From NCBI GenBank assembly GCA_963674695.2, contig CAXXGI010000002.1:384001-448000 (forward strand): a DNA stretch of 64,000 nucleotides. Reading direction: 5' to 3'. The translations under genes and the position numbers were made by a program. Under the pieces are notes generated by a model. The model did no database searches. It worked only from the letters and a program-made list of their open reading frames with translations, and was not told the DNA's origin. This document shows, in pieces, positions 10,801 to 19,790 of the stretch. How positions within the stretch are numbered: the first letter of the stretch is position 1; each line of letters begins with the position of its first letter. This DNA comes from a bacterium. GTDB taxonomy: Bacteria; UBA10199; 2-02-FULL-44-16; JAAZCA01.

Positions 10801-12479
10801 ATGCCTTTGGATGTGTGTGGCGCGTGCAGTCGGCACCCTATCGGCGTTATCTCGAGGATGGTGTCGTCTATCTCTATGACAGTCCCGTCTTCAATGCGGA
10901 GCATGTGATTGCAAGCGTTTGCAGCAGCAGTATCGATATCCCGACACATCTGGCGGCGGATGATGTCTTTCTGCTGCAGCTCGTCGTCACGGATGAACAC
11001 GGTGCGCAGAATTTCGTCGATGTCCCCATCACGATCGGCAATACGGATCCTATCGTGAGTGAATCCGATACCGATCGGGAGGACTATGTCAGCGGGACGG
11101 TCTCCGTCAGCGGAAGCGATGACAACCTGGATGAACTCACCTATACCTTCGCCAAGAAGGAGGGGGCCGGCGTCGCCCCCGATGGGGCGGTGTGGAGTAT
11201 TGACAGCGCAACCGGTGCCTTCCATGGCAATCGTGTCGGCACCTATCATATCATCGCCGAAATTTGCGACGAACAGGACGCGTGTGTCGAGGAAGAGATC
11301 GAATTCGACGTGCAGAATGCGCCGCCCGTGGTCGTCCTCCCCCAGACGGAGCGGGTCGTCTCCCGAACCGAGCTCGATGGGAATCAAATCGGGGAGCTCT
11401 TCTCCCGGGAGATTACCGATCTCAACGACGATGAGGATTTTGTCGTCACCCCCCTGCAGAACAGCGGCCCGAGCGATCTGGTCTTCGATGGGGATTCAAT
11501 CGATACGAGTAGAGCCTATAAGAAGGGCGTCTACACCGGTCGCTATCTGGTGACCGATGGAACCGATTACGACAACAACAGTTCGTACTCGGAGGAGTGG
11601 TCGATCACGCTTCCCAACAATGCGCCCAGCGTCGTGGAGGAATCGGCGGAGGGCCTGGCGATCAGCGGTGGGCGATACGAAGCGCCCGCGTTTCAGCAGA
11701 GTTTGTTGTTTGAAGTGACGCCCTTTGATTTGGACGGCGACAATATCGCCGCACGCTGGAGGATCTACGACGTCTTCGGCGAGGAGGTCAACGCCGGTTT
11801 CACCCAGACCGACACCGATCAGGCGCTGATGGCGTTTCAGAAGCCGGGGACCTATGCGGTCTCCTATCAGATCGATGACGGCGACGGCGGCGTGACCACG
11901 GAGGATCGGACATTTTATATTCCGCTGCCGGAGCTGACCGAAGCGCAAGCGGCGATCGACGTTGTGACCAAGGAGGAGGATGTCGATGAGATCGGGTTGT
12001 TGCAGATCCGATTCCGGGCGCCGGTCTGGGCCTGGGCCAAGGTCAACGGCGTTATGGCGCAGGATTGCACATTATATGATGATAGTCCGGTGGGTATGAG
12101 CTCGGTCAAGGCGGCGGCGGAAGAGGAGTATGAATTCTTCGACTATGTCGCGACGTTTCGCAGCGTGCCCTATGCGGCGGCCTCCGGAGATCTGAGCCTC
12201 GCCATTCTGACGGATCTCGATGGCGAATACGTATCGCTGGTTTCCGCTTCGTTGGCGGAATCCGGTTCCGCAACGGATGGCGAGACGGAATCCGGAACGG
12301 AGACGGGCGATGATGGCGATCCCCTCAGCGTGGGTGGTGGAGATATGTATTCCGTGCTCGGCGGCGGTGGATGCAGCCTGGCCGCCCCGATGCAATTGAA
12401 GAGCACCATCCTCGGATTCCTCATGTTCTGTGTCCCCCTGGCGACGGTTCTGTTCAAGAGAAGGCGTACCCCGCATTAA
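7890..12479 (+). CDS. Large secreted cell-surface protein with two Gly-rich repeats, PKD/Ig-like stalk and Cys-containing C-terminal sorting signal (MYXO-CTERM-like)
   Basis: N-terminal signal peptide; duplicated GKGY..CDGCDGGG..GGGGHGGVGG block; PKD-like NEAPIADAGGPY..LDGSNSSDGDSDPITYAW; C-terminal GGGGCSL + hydrophobic helix + KRRR. Confidence 0.8.
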   Translation: MSAMIFTGRLRSFPRWRYFVAVGIAILVLLWSTILYAATVTISDGNGNCDQSDTDVTVSASDTYVIDCSGADGWHVNSLVIEGVVTHAAADLPGVVITSDGGITINGSIDVMGKGYAGGRGLNNADSAEDGYTCDGCDGGGKKSKMSDVATEHYGSGGGGHGGVGGMAARSAVGYGVGGGSYDSAMNPTMFGSGGGGGTSYGDNTLYDGGAGGGLVKLTAQTVTIEGAITANGADGEGRTDGTCSTARIQGGGGGAGGTIVINTDTLECGDSCGAITATGGTRGDHCTDYYDIYCCASEDASGGGGRVAIRFQSASTDDLTGLIENLYAYGLYTNKRGESGTAILINTSTKDAYIRHGFDFQAADLFDDDAEDGYKDFKFDANNNYRNLYVYMAALRLHTSIKIELDGDFLLSGFDGQRNGAFYSLNNYSYLGCKDPTYDMVLNANNLTVANDAFFRIYYPYPRAGADNALFPNQNYLCNNTSVTFTESANLTSGYFQCGGSMSVDVSANTEAVNHTIFKIYAEDGIALQLGQDDTIGAESVLSVSENGDAWVNISGTIVTLDDVDIIGNANIDVATFVMDADSTISASGKGYDGGDLDVDGADGYGFCCDGCDGGGAPAYIDAPDSADDAYGAGGGGHGGVGGDADYNDGTIGMGGDTYDSTNSPQYFGAGGGSGYRESTAYGATRHAYGGAGGGAVIIEADFMTLAGTISADGDQGQSGLDGVEGQTNVTAYGGGGGAGGTIHLKGGTVECDGAGCPILSVAGGAGGEDYRQMYDTHIEPPGGSGGGGGGIIRVDYSSLSGANQTSMQSAALIAGGAGHEDAGAGGVGVISFEQTNEAPIADAGGPYAQQQPGAISILDGSNSSDGDSDPITYAWTCTSCPQEGSDGFVNCNTSISLLNTTTATPSFTVYDHGNYVFELTVDDTKTTVTDTATISVANVIPAVTSTVASSTVPGVTVDLTATITDANNDAFGCVWRVQSAPYRRYLEDGVVYLYDSPVFNAEHVIASVCSSSIDIPTHLAADDVFLLQLVVTDEHGAQNFVDVPITIGNTDPIVSESDTDREDYVSGTVSVSGSDDNLDELTYTFAKKEGAGVAPDGAVWSIDSATGAFHGNRVGTYHIIAEICDEQDACVEEEIEFDVQNAPPVVVLPQTERVVSRTELDGNQIGELFSREITDLNDDEDFVVTPLQNSGPSDLVFDGDSIDTSRAYKKGVYTGRYLVTDGTDYDNNSSYSEEWSITLPNNAPSVVEESAEGLAISGGRYEAPAFQQSLLFEVTPFDLDGDNIAARWRIYDVFGEEVNAGFTQTDTDQALMAFQKPGTYAVSYQIDDGDGGVTTEDRTFYIPLPELTEAQAAIDVVTKEEDVDEIGLLQIRFRAPVWAWAKVNGVMAQDCTLYDDSPVGMSSVKAAAEEEYEFFDYVATFRSVPYAAASGDLSLAILTDLDGEYVSLVSASLAESGSATDGETESGTETGDDGDPLSVGGGDMYSVLGGGGCSLAAPMQLKSTILGFLMFCVPLATVLFKRRRTPH

Positions 12480-12518
12480 TCGCATGACCTCTCTTTCGTG
12501 TTCGGTTATGGTCGGCGC

Positions 12519-14102
12519 ATGGAGATCGTCGCACACTGGACGAGTCTGTTGCCGCCGATTGTGGCCATCGCGCTCGCGCTCATTTCGCGCCAGGTGATCC
12601 TCTCGCTCTTCGCGGGCGTCTTCACCGGGGCGCTGATCGTCTCGAACTACAATCCGCTCACCGCCTTTCTCTCGCTGCTCGACCGCTATGTTGTGCCCGC
12701 ACTCGCCGATGCCGATCACGCGGCCATCATCATCTTTTCGATGATGCTGGGGGGACTGGTCGGTGTCATCTCCAAGAGCGGCGGTGTCTTGGGCATCGTG
12801 GGGCAGGTCGAGCGCGCCGCGCGGTCCGCACGCATGGGACAGATCGTGACGTGGTTCTTGGGCGTGCTCATCTTCTTCGACGACTATGCCAACACGCTCA
12901 TCGTTGGGAACACGATGCGTCCGATCACCGATCGCTTTCGCATCTCGCGCGAGAAGCTTGCCTTTATCGTCGATTCGACCGCTGCGCCCGTGGCATGCCT
13001 CTTTCTGTCGACCTGGATCGGATACGAGGTCGGCGTGATCGGCGATTCGCTCCAGGGAACGGGGTATACCGAAGATCCCTTCTCCATCTTCATCATGAGC
13101 ATCCCCTATCGGTTCTATGCGCTGCTCGCGATCATCTTCGTGGGGCTCGTGGCATTCATGGGTCGCGACTTCGGTCCGATGCTGCGTGCGGAGCGGCGGG
13201 CGCGTAAGACGGGGGAACTCATTGCGCCCGGTTCCGAGCCCGCCGCCGATGTGACCGATCTCTCCAAGATTCTGCCGCATGAGAAGACGACGCCGCGTTG
13301 GATCAACGGGGCGCTCCCTATCGTCGTGGTGATCGTGGCGACGATGATCGGCATCTGGCGCACGGGGGTTGCGGGCGCGATCGAGGCCGGAGATGCCGTC
13401 ACCGTGCGAACGGTGATGGCCAATGCCTCCTCATCGACGGCACTTTTCTGGGGCTCGCTCTCCGGCTGTGCGGTGGCCATCGTCCTCGCCGTCGGCCAGC
13501 GCCTGCTCACCGTGCATGAGGCGATGGAGTCCTGGTTTGCCGGTGTGAAGTCGATGCTCTTGGCGATGGTGATCCTGATTTTGGCCTGGTCGATCAGCGC
13601 AGTCACGCGTGAGTTGCACACGGCCGAGTTCGTCGTGGGTATCGTCGGTGGCTCCATCCCGCTCTGGGCGATTCCAGCGATTACGTTCGTCATCGCGGGG
13701 GTCATCAGCTTTGCCACGGGTACGAGCTGGGGGAGCATGGCCATCCTCATGCCGCTGGTGGTGCCGCTGACCTGGGAGCTCTCCGTTCAACTCGGTCACG
13801 ATTTGAGCCAGGCGCATACCGCGCTCTCGATCGTGGTCAGTGCCGTGCTCGCGGGCGCGATCTGGGGCGATCACTGTTCGCCCATCTCGGATACGACCGT
13901 CATGAGCTCCATGGCCAGCGCCTGCGATCACATCGATCACGTGCGCACGCAGATGCCCTATGCCGTCGTCGTGGGCATCGTCTCCGTGCTCATCGGGTAT
14001 ATTCCGGCGGGACTGGGACTCTCGCCCTGGGTCTCGCTGGCGGTCTCGGTCGGCGTGCTCGTCCTGCTCTTGCGCTTTGTGGGAAAGCGAACGGATCCCT
14101 GA
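12519..14102 (+). CDS. Na+/H+ antiporter NhaC family protein
   Basis: IFFDDYAN, SREKLAFIVDSTAAP, ATGTSWG, GDHCSPISDTT and HVRTQMPYA motifs. Confidence 0.9.
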   Translation: MEIVAHWTSLLPPIVAIALALISRQVILSLFAGVFTGALIVSNYNPLTAFLSLLDRYVVPALADADHAAIIIFSMMLGGLVGVISKSGGVLGIVGQVERAARSARMGQIVTWFLGVLIFFDDYANTLIVGNTMRPITDRFRISREKLAFIVDSTAAPVACLFLSTWIGYEVGVIGDSLQGTGYTEDPFSIFIMSIPYRFYALLAIIFVGLVAFMGRDFGPMLRAERRARKTGELIAPGSEPAADVTDLSKILPHEKTTPRWINGALPIVVVIVATMIGIWRTGVAGAIEAGDAVTVRTVMANASSSTALFWGSLSGCAVAIVLAVGQRLLTVHEAMESWFAGVKSMLLAMVILILAWSISAVTRELHTAEFVVGIVGGSIPLWAIPAITFVIAGVISFATGTSWGSMAILMPLVVPLTWELSVQLGHDLSQAHTALSIVVSAVLAGAIWGDHCSPISDTTVMSSMASACDHIDHVRTQMPYAVVVGIVSVLIGYIPAGLGLSPWVSLAVSVGVLVLLLRFVGKRTDP

Positions 14103-14117
14103 GGGAAGAGGTGAACG

Positions 14118-14148
14118 GTCATCCCCGATTACTTCACTCGGGGATGAC
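14118..14148. repeat. Short REP-like hairpin
   Basis: GTCATCCCCGA-N9-TCGGGGATGAC perfect 11-bp stem with GTCAT/ATGAC ends like the larger REP family. Confidence 0.6.
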
Positions 14149-14171
14149 AGGGGAAGAGAAGGAGATTGTCT

Positions 14172-15314
14172 ATGAAGAATAAATATCGCATTGCCGTCGT
14201 CCTGCTCATCATCGGATGTCTGTTCGCTTCCGCCTGCCGGGGGAGGGGAGAGCGCGCTTTTCCCACCGAGGTGCAGCGAAAGCTCGAACAGGCAGTGCTG
14301 AAAAACCTTGCGGATTTCGGTGGCGAGACCTCCATTCCGGGGGCGATCGTCGGCGTCTGGATGCCGGACAAGGGCAGCTGGGTGCGTGGCATCGGCACGG
14401 GAGACGTCGAGCTCAATCGGCCGCCGATGCCGGCCGATCACGTGCGTATCGGGAGCAACACGAAGACGTTCGTCGTGACGGTTCTGCTCCAGCTCGTCGA
14501 GGAGGGAAAACTTTCGCTCGATGATACGCTGAAGGAGTTTCATCTCGGGGTGAACATCCCCAACGCCGATCGCATCACGCTGCGCCAGCTCTGCAATATG
14601 ACGGGCGGCCTCTTCGAGGCCTATGAGGTCGAAGAACTCGAACCATTGGTCGGAAATCCGATCGTCCCCGTCGATCCGCTCAAAGTCGTGCGCATGGCCG
14701 CGGCCTATCCGCCGCTCAATGAACCGGGCGTGAAGTGGCAATACAACAATACGGGCTATCTGATCCTGGGACTCGTCATCGAGAAGGTGACGGGGCGTTC
14801 CATCGCCGATGTGATTCGCGCACGCATCCTCCAGCCGTTGGAACTCACGCAGACCTCCTTCCCGACGGATTATTCCGGGATGCCCTGTCCCTATCTGCAC
14901 GGCTATGCCCCGGGCGAGAAGGGGGAATGGACGGATGTGAGTGTCTTCTATCCGCCGACGCTTTCTTGGGCGGCCGGGGCGATGATCTCGGATGTGCAGG
15001 ATATGAAAAAGTGGGTGAAGGCGTATGTGACCGGGACGACGAACTCCGCGGCGACCCAGCGTGAGCGACTCACCTGCATCGAAACGGGCCGCCCGAATGC
15101 GCAATTTGGTCTGGGGGTGGGCTGCACCGGCGGATGGTACGGCTACACCGGTGGCATCATGGGGTACAACACCTCGGCCTTCTATCTCCCGGAAAAGGAT
15201 GCGACGATCATCGTCTTCGTCAACGCCCAGATGGAAAAGCCGTCGCCCGGAGTCGCCAACAGCATCGTGCATGACATCAGCGCGATCATCACGCCCGAAC
15301 ACGTGGTCTGGTGA
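14172..15314 (+). CDS. Serine hydrolase, beta-lactamase class C / D-Ala-D-Ala carboxypeptidase-like lipoprotein
   Basis: SxxK (GSNTKTF), YxN (YNNTGY), GYTGG; lipobox-like ASAC. Confidence 0.85.
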   Translation: MKNKYRIAVVLLIIGCLFASACRGRGERAFPTEVQRKLEQAVLKNLADFGGETSIPGAIVGVWMPDKGSWVRGIGTGDVELNRPPMPADHVRIGSNTKTFVVTVLLQLVEEGKLSLDDTLKEFHLGVNIPNADRITLRQLCNMTGGLFEAYEVEELEPLVGNPIVPVDPLKVVRMAAAYPPLNEPGVKWQYNNTGYLILGLVIEKVTGRSIADVIRARILQPLELTQTSFPTDYSGMPCPYLHGYAPGEKGEWTDVSVFYPPTLSWAAGAMISDVQDMKKWVKAYVTGTTNSAATQRERLTCIETGRPNAQFGLGVGCTGGWYGYTGGIMGYNTSAFYLPEKDATIIVFVNAQMEKPSPGVANSIVHDISAIITPEHVVW

Positions 15315-15326
15315 GGTCAGTGCGCA

Positions 15327-15797
15327 TCAATCTGCGGAGTCCTCCATCTTCCCAGAAATTAATTCACTGAAATCTTTGATGCGCCGCTTGTAGTCCTGCG
15401 ACATGAGCGGCGAGGAGATGATGAAGTCGGCGGACGCGCGGTTGCAGGCGATCGGCGTGTTGTAGACGACCGCCAAGCGCAGCAGCGCCTTTACGTCCAC
15501 ATCGTGCGGATGGGGCGAGAGTGGATCCCAGAAGAAGATGATGAAATCGATGTCGCCTTCGGCCACCTTGGCGCCCACCTGCTGATCGCCGCCCAAGGGC
15601 CCGCTGCGAAAGCGGTGGACGCTGAGCCCCAGCTCGCGGTTCAAGATCTCGCCGGTGGTCCCGGTGCCGAAGAGCTCGTGCCCCGCCAGCAGGGCCTTGT
15701 TGAACCGGGCCCATTCGAGCAGATCCTGTTTCCGGTTGTCGTGCGCGATCAGCGCGATGCGCTTGCGCTTGCCCATCTTCACGGTTGTGTCGGTCAT
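15327..15797 (-). CDS. mgsA: Methylglyoxal synthase
   Basis: IALIAHD, TGTTG, SGPLGGDQQ and FFWDPLSPHPHDVDVKALLR. Start reassigned to ATG at 15797. Confidence 0.95.
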   Translation of the reverse strand: MTDTTVKMGKRKRIALIAHDNRKQDLLEWARFNKALLAGHELFGTGTTGEILNRELGLSVHRFRSGPLGGDQQVGAKVAEGDIDFIIFFWDPLSPHPHDVDVKALLRLAVVYNTPIACNRASADFIISSPLMSQDYKRRIKDFSELISGKMEDSAD

Positions 15798-15992
15798 GAT
15801 GGTTTTGTCCTTTCGACAGCGTTCCCAAGCAGGTCTCTGAACATCTTCATGTATAGGGCAATGGTGCCGGATCGTAAACACGGCTCTCCCGGAGGGCGCA
15901 TTCTTACGTGCAAGCGTCGCATAATGTTGTTGACGTCGGCTGAATTCCCATTCCATAAAGCACCCTGACCTCAGCGAGAGAAGGAGTGTTCC

Positions 15993-17141
15993 ATGTTGCC
16001 TCTTATTGCCCGGTTTGCCGTAACGCCAATGCTTCCGCCGGCGCCCCCTCCGATCGATGATATGACATCGCTCGGGGGCAGCGACGCGTTCATCCTCTCA
16101 GAGCCCGATCTCGCCGTGGCCGGGTTTGATTCGGCGTCTCAGGCAGTACCGGTCGCACAGCTCTTCGGCGATCCCGTCTACATGGGGAAGGCAAAAAATC
16201 GTCCGCGCGTTCTGAAGAGCCAGACGGGCGGAAGGAAGAAGAAACGGAATGCCCCACCTCCGAAGCTCGCGAACGAGCGCGCCGGCGAGTGGCTCGAAGC
16301 GAAGCTTCGCGGCATGGGACGGGCCTCGATCTTCAGGCGCATCGGTTCGCTCTTTTGGGATCCGCCGTCGCTCGACGAATCGGTCTATCGTTGGTCGGCC
16401 GAAGGGGGGACGGGTCGTTCGGCGGGGAAATCGCATGCGTTGCATGGCGAGGGTCGCCCGTTGACCGAGCGGATCATCGAGGCGGTTCGTCCCCATGTGA
16501 AGGATGCATGGAAGAGTGACGAGGTTGCGCCGCACATTGTGGAGCTGGGTTCCGGTGACGGGCAGTTGGCCGCGGCACTCGTCAAAAGGATCGGCGCGCG
16601 TGTTCAGCAGATCGACCTGCTTGAGCCGCCCCAGTCGATTACCGATCGCACGGTCGGCGATATCACCGAACTGCCGTTCACGCGCAATCAGTTTGGCGTC
16701 GCGGTCTCTTCCTTTTCGCTCGAGTATGAAGGGCTCAAGGCATTTCAAGAGGCCAATCGCGTTCTCTCTCCCGGTGGACGTCTCGTCTCGCTCGTCCATC
16801 ACCGCAAGTCGTCGCTCGTGCCCAACAATATCATTCAGAAGGGAATGGCCTTTATCGCCCGCGATCTCTATCGCATCGTTGCCGGCATTCGACCGCTTCG
16901 GATCTTCCTTCCGAAGATGATCATGGGTCCATGGGAGGGGATGGCACGTCAGGCCGAGAGCCAGCTCCGGGCCGCGTTCAAGACGAAGGGGCAGGCCGAG
17001 CGCATGCTCGCGCAGGCGGGGTTTCAGGATGTTCGGATAGAGACGGTCATGGTGCCGCCGCTGGCCTTTCCCAACAGCTCGATGCGGCTCGATACCGGCT
17101 GGCTGATGACGGCTCAGAAACCAAGTCGCGGGCGAAAGTGA
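15993..17141 (+). CDS. Class I SAM-dependent methyltransferase with long N-terminal extension
   Basis: IVELGSGDG motif I, GDITELPF, RVLSPGGRL. Confidence 0.75.
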   Translation: MLPLIARFAVTPMLPPAPPPIDDMTSLGGSDAFILSEPDLAVAGFDSASQAVPVAQLFGDPVYMGKAKNRPRVLKSQTGGRKKKRNAPPPKLANERAGEWLEAKLRGMGRASIFRRIGSLFWDPPSLDESVYRWSAEGGTGRSAGKSHALHGEGRPLTERIIEAVRPHVKDAWKSDEVAPHIVELGSGDGQLAAALVKRIGARVQQIDLLEPPQSITDRTVGDITELPFTRNQFGVAVSSFSLEYEGLKAFQEANRVLSPGGRLVSLVHHRKSSLVPNNIIQKGMAFIARDLYRIVAGIRPLRIFLPKMIMGPWEGMARQAESQLRAAFKTKGQAERMLAQAGFQDVRIETVMVPPLAFPNSSMRLDTGWLMTAQKPSRGRK

Positions 17142-17153
17142 GCGGTTGTGCTT

Positions 17154-17804
17154 TTATCGAACCAGGGTTTTGGCCAACTCCGGCAGGAGTGATTTGATGC
17201 CGCCGATGACGAACTGCATCGCAAGTGCAGCCAGGATGAGCCCCATCAGACGGGTGAGGATGTTGATTCCTGAGGTTCCCAGATACCCCTTCACGCGTAC
17301 CGCGTTGCGCATGGTCACGTAGGTGATCCCGATTACCGTGACGATGGCGGCAAAGAGCGCGCCGTAGTGTTCCCAATCCTTCGCACTTCCGGTCAGGACG
17401 ATCACCGCGGTGATGGCGCCGGGTCCGCTGATGATGGGCAGTGCCAGCGGCACGATGCTGACGTCCTCGCTCGCCTGTGCCTCGCGGATCTCCTCGGGCG
17501 TCTCCTTGATGCGCGAACTCTTGGCGTGCAGCATGCTCCAGGCCACGGAAAAGAGGATGACGCCGCCGGCGATCTCGAAGGCGCCGATGCTGATGGAGAA
17601 GAGGCGAAAGATCAGTGTTCCAAAGAGGGCAAAGGCGAAGAGGATGATGAGCGAGGCGATCGTGGAGCGCCGGATGATCGTATGCTGCATCTCCACCGGT
17701 GTGTTGGGAACGAGCGAGAGATAGAAGGAGGTGACCAGCACCGGATTGATGATGACGATGATCGAGGAGAAGGCCAGGACGAAAAAAGTGATAAATTCCT
17801 TCAT
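17154..17804 (-). CDS. MarC family integral membrane protein
   Basis: IAGGVILF, VPLALPIISGPGAI and TRLMGLILAA motifs. Confidence 0.92.
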   Translation of the reverse strand: MKEFITFFVLAFSSIIVIINPVLVTSFYLSLVPNTPVEMQHTIIRRSTIASLIILFAFALFGTLIFRLFSISIGAFEIAGGVILFSVAWSMLHAKSSRIKETPEEIREAQASEDVSIVPLALPIISGPGAITAVIVLTGSAKDWEHYGALFAAIVTVIGITYVTMRNAVRVKGYLGTSGINILTRLMGLILAALAMQFVIGGIKSLLPELAKTLVR

Positions 17805-17853
17805 AGAAGGCGATGGTAGATGAGCTTTCCCACGGCGTCAACAGGCTCTTCGC

Positions 17854-18429
17854 CTATGACTTCAAGCTCGTGAGCAGCCAGGCCATGTTCTCGCCCAGGG
17901 CCTTCATGGTCGCCATCCCCTCGGCGTCGTTTTGCACCTCGCCCTTTTCGCGTCCGATGGCCAGGTTCCAGTAGCTCGATCCCACCGCGACCATCTCGGT
18001 GACGAAGAAGAAGTGCTGCATCGTGTCCAGTGCGCTCACGGCCCCTGCGCGACGCATGGGGCTCAACGCCGCACCGACCTTTCGGCGCAGCGGATTCCCA
18101 TTCACACGTGCCACGATACAGGCGCGATCCATGAGGGCCTTCATCTCGGCGCTGATGCTCGAGACATAGGTCGGCGAGGCCAGAATGATGCCGTCGGCGG
18201 CGAACATCGCTTCAATCCAGTCGTTGACGGAATCGCCCTCGATCGCACACCGCCCATCCTTTTTCTTCGCACACGCATAGCAGGCCTGACAGCCGCGCAG
18301 CGGCCTTCCGCAGAGCGACACCGTCTCTACCTCGATGCCAGCCTTCTCGAGTGGCTCCGCGACCATGGCGATGAGCTGTGCCGTATTTCCCTCTTTTCGC
18401 GGACTGCCGTTGAATGCGACGACTTTCAT
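17854..18429 (-). CDS. Flavodoxin family / iron-sulfur flavoprotein (NADPH-dependent FMN reductase-like)
   Basis: NGSPRKEGNT, CQACYAC..C cluster motif, ASPTY. Confidence 0.9.
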   Translation of the reverse strand: MKVVAFNGSPRKEGNTAQLIAMVAEPLEKAGIEVETVSLCGRPLRGCQACYACAKKKDGRCAIEGDSVNDWIEAMFAADGIILASPTYVSSISAEMKALMDRACIVARVNGNPLRRKVGAALSPMRRAGAVSALDTMQHFFFVTEMVAVGSSYWNLAIGREKGEVQNDAEGMATMKALGENMAWLLTSLKS

Positions 18430-18556
18430 GGTGAACCCCCCTCATCCGTTTCGATGGAGACTATCATATCGATGGGTGCGGGACAATCGCCACGCGTGCA
18501 CTCAATTGCACATCCACCGTTTTCGGTATACACTCCATCGCAAAAGAGGGGGGGCT

Positions 18557-19027
18557 ATGCAGCGTAATCGATCGGCGGGACTCTGGTTTCTCATCTGTTT
18601 CAGCATCTTCATGCTCGTGATGCTGCTGCTCGGCCAGACGATGGCGCTCATCGACTATGACTTTACTGTGCGCTTAGGCTTGCAGGAATCCGTGGAAGCG
18701 GTGACCCCGATCGGCGTGGCGCTCAACAAGGGCTTCGGCGCGGCCGACACCATCATCTATGTGCCGCTGCTGATCTTGGGACTCTGGGGATTGATTCGGC
18801 AAAAACCCTGGGGGGTTGCGATGATGACCGCGGCCATGGGGGTTACGGCGTATTGGCCGCTGGCCTGTCTCTTCTTCCTCTTCTTCGCCAAGGGCGCACC
18901 CGGGTTTCTCTTCACGGGATACGTTCCCTATACCATTCTTCTGACTGGGATCAGCATCTGTGGCATCGTCGGGTTTGTCCTGCTGTGCTGTATGGATGGA
19001 CTCCAAAGAGGAGGAATCGATGGCTGA
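18557..19027 (+). CDS. Hypothetical membrane protein (about 4 TM)
   Basis: GAGGGGG RBS, hydrophobic helices, stop overlaps the next start. Confidence 0.7.
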   Translation: MQRNRSAGLWFLICFSIFMLVMLLLGQTMALIDYDFTVRLGLQESVEAVTPIGVALNKGFGAADTIIYVPLLILGLWGLIRQKPWGVAMMTAAMGVTAYWPLACLFFLFFAKGAPGFLFTGYVPYTILLTGISICGIVGFVLLCCMDGLQRGGIDG

Positions 19028-19418
19028 TACCAACCGCTGTACGCTCACCGAACCCAAGGGCGAGCTCGTCATCCGCACGGTGCCGCTTCCGGCCAACACC
19101 AATCCCAACGGCGATGTCTTCGGGGGGTGGCTCGTCTCCCAGATGGATCTGGGCGGCGGGATCGCCGCGCGCGAGCGCTCGCACAAACGCGTCACGACCG
19201 TGGCCATCGAGGAGATGCGCTTTTGGTGCCCGGTGCGCGTGGGCGACACGCTCTGCTGCTACGCCGACCTCGTGAAAGTAGGAACGAGTTCGATGCGCTA
19301 TCACCTCTCCGCGTGGGTCCTGCCGCAGGGCACGGGCAAACGCGCCTGTGTGACCGAGGCCTTCTTCACCTACGTCGCCATCGACGAGAACGGTCGCCCC
19401 ACGCCGGTCGATGGGTGA
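19020..19418 (+). CDS. Acyl-CoA thioesterase (YciA-like hotdog fold)
   Basis: PANTNPNGDVFGGWLVSQMDLGG, PVRVGD, GTSSM, FTYVAIDENGRP. Confidence 0.92.
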   Translation: MADTNRCTLTEPKGELVIRTVPLPANTNPNGDVFGGWLVSQMDLGGGIAARERSHKRVTTVAIEEMRFWCPVRVGDTLCCYADLVKVGTSSMRYHLSAWVLPQGTGKRACVTEAFFTYVAIDENGRPTPVDG

Positions 19419-19443
19419 TCGCATCTCTATCTGCACCGTGCTG

Positions 19444-19622
19444 TGCATCCTTCCGGAAGTGAGCCATCGTCTGGCAGTGTGTTTTACGGGGACCGCCGTC
19501 TCGGCTCACACGCCGCCTCGACGGCTTTTTCTTCTTCCATCGCATCATTATAGGCTTGGATCGCGATGAAAGAAGAGATCCCCTCCAAACACACTGCCAG
19601 ACGATGGCTTCAAGTGGATGCA
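19444..19622. repeat. Long intergenic hairpin / MITE-like element A
   Basis: Perfect 23-bp inverted repeat AGCCATCGTCTGGCAGTGTGTTT (19462-19484) / AAACACACTGCCAGACGATGGCT (19587-19609), outer TGCATCC/GGATGCA, inner CTTCTTCCATCGC/GCGATGAAAGAAG. Confidence 0.75.
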
Positions 19623-19706
19623 TGTACGTTTCACCTGCCTTGATCGTGATTATTAATCCGGCGATTAAATAGTGTCTGTCGGAAAATGACGATTCCACTG
19701 GTTTTT

Positions 19707-19775
19707 GTCATTCCCGCGGAGGCGGGAATCTCGATTTTTCAAGTACTTCGAGATTCCCGCCTCCGCGGGAATGAC
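19707..19775. repeat. REP/REPIN-like palindromic element, copy 2
   Basis: GTCATTCCCGCGGAGGCGGGAATCTCG..CGAGATTCCCGCCTCCGCGGGAATGAC. Its loop is roughly the reverse complement of the loop in copy 1. Confidence 0.85.
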
Positions 19776-19790
19776 GACAAAACCCTTTTC

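Noticed and set aside
19444-19622. 6S RNA call based on ~180-nt length
   Set aside because: The fold has a perfect long stem and a one-sided branched insert rather than the central bubble of 6S; cannot be supported without a covariance search.
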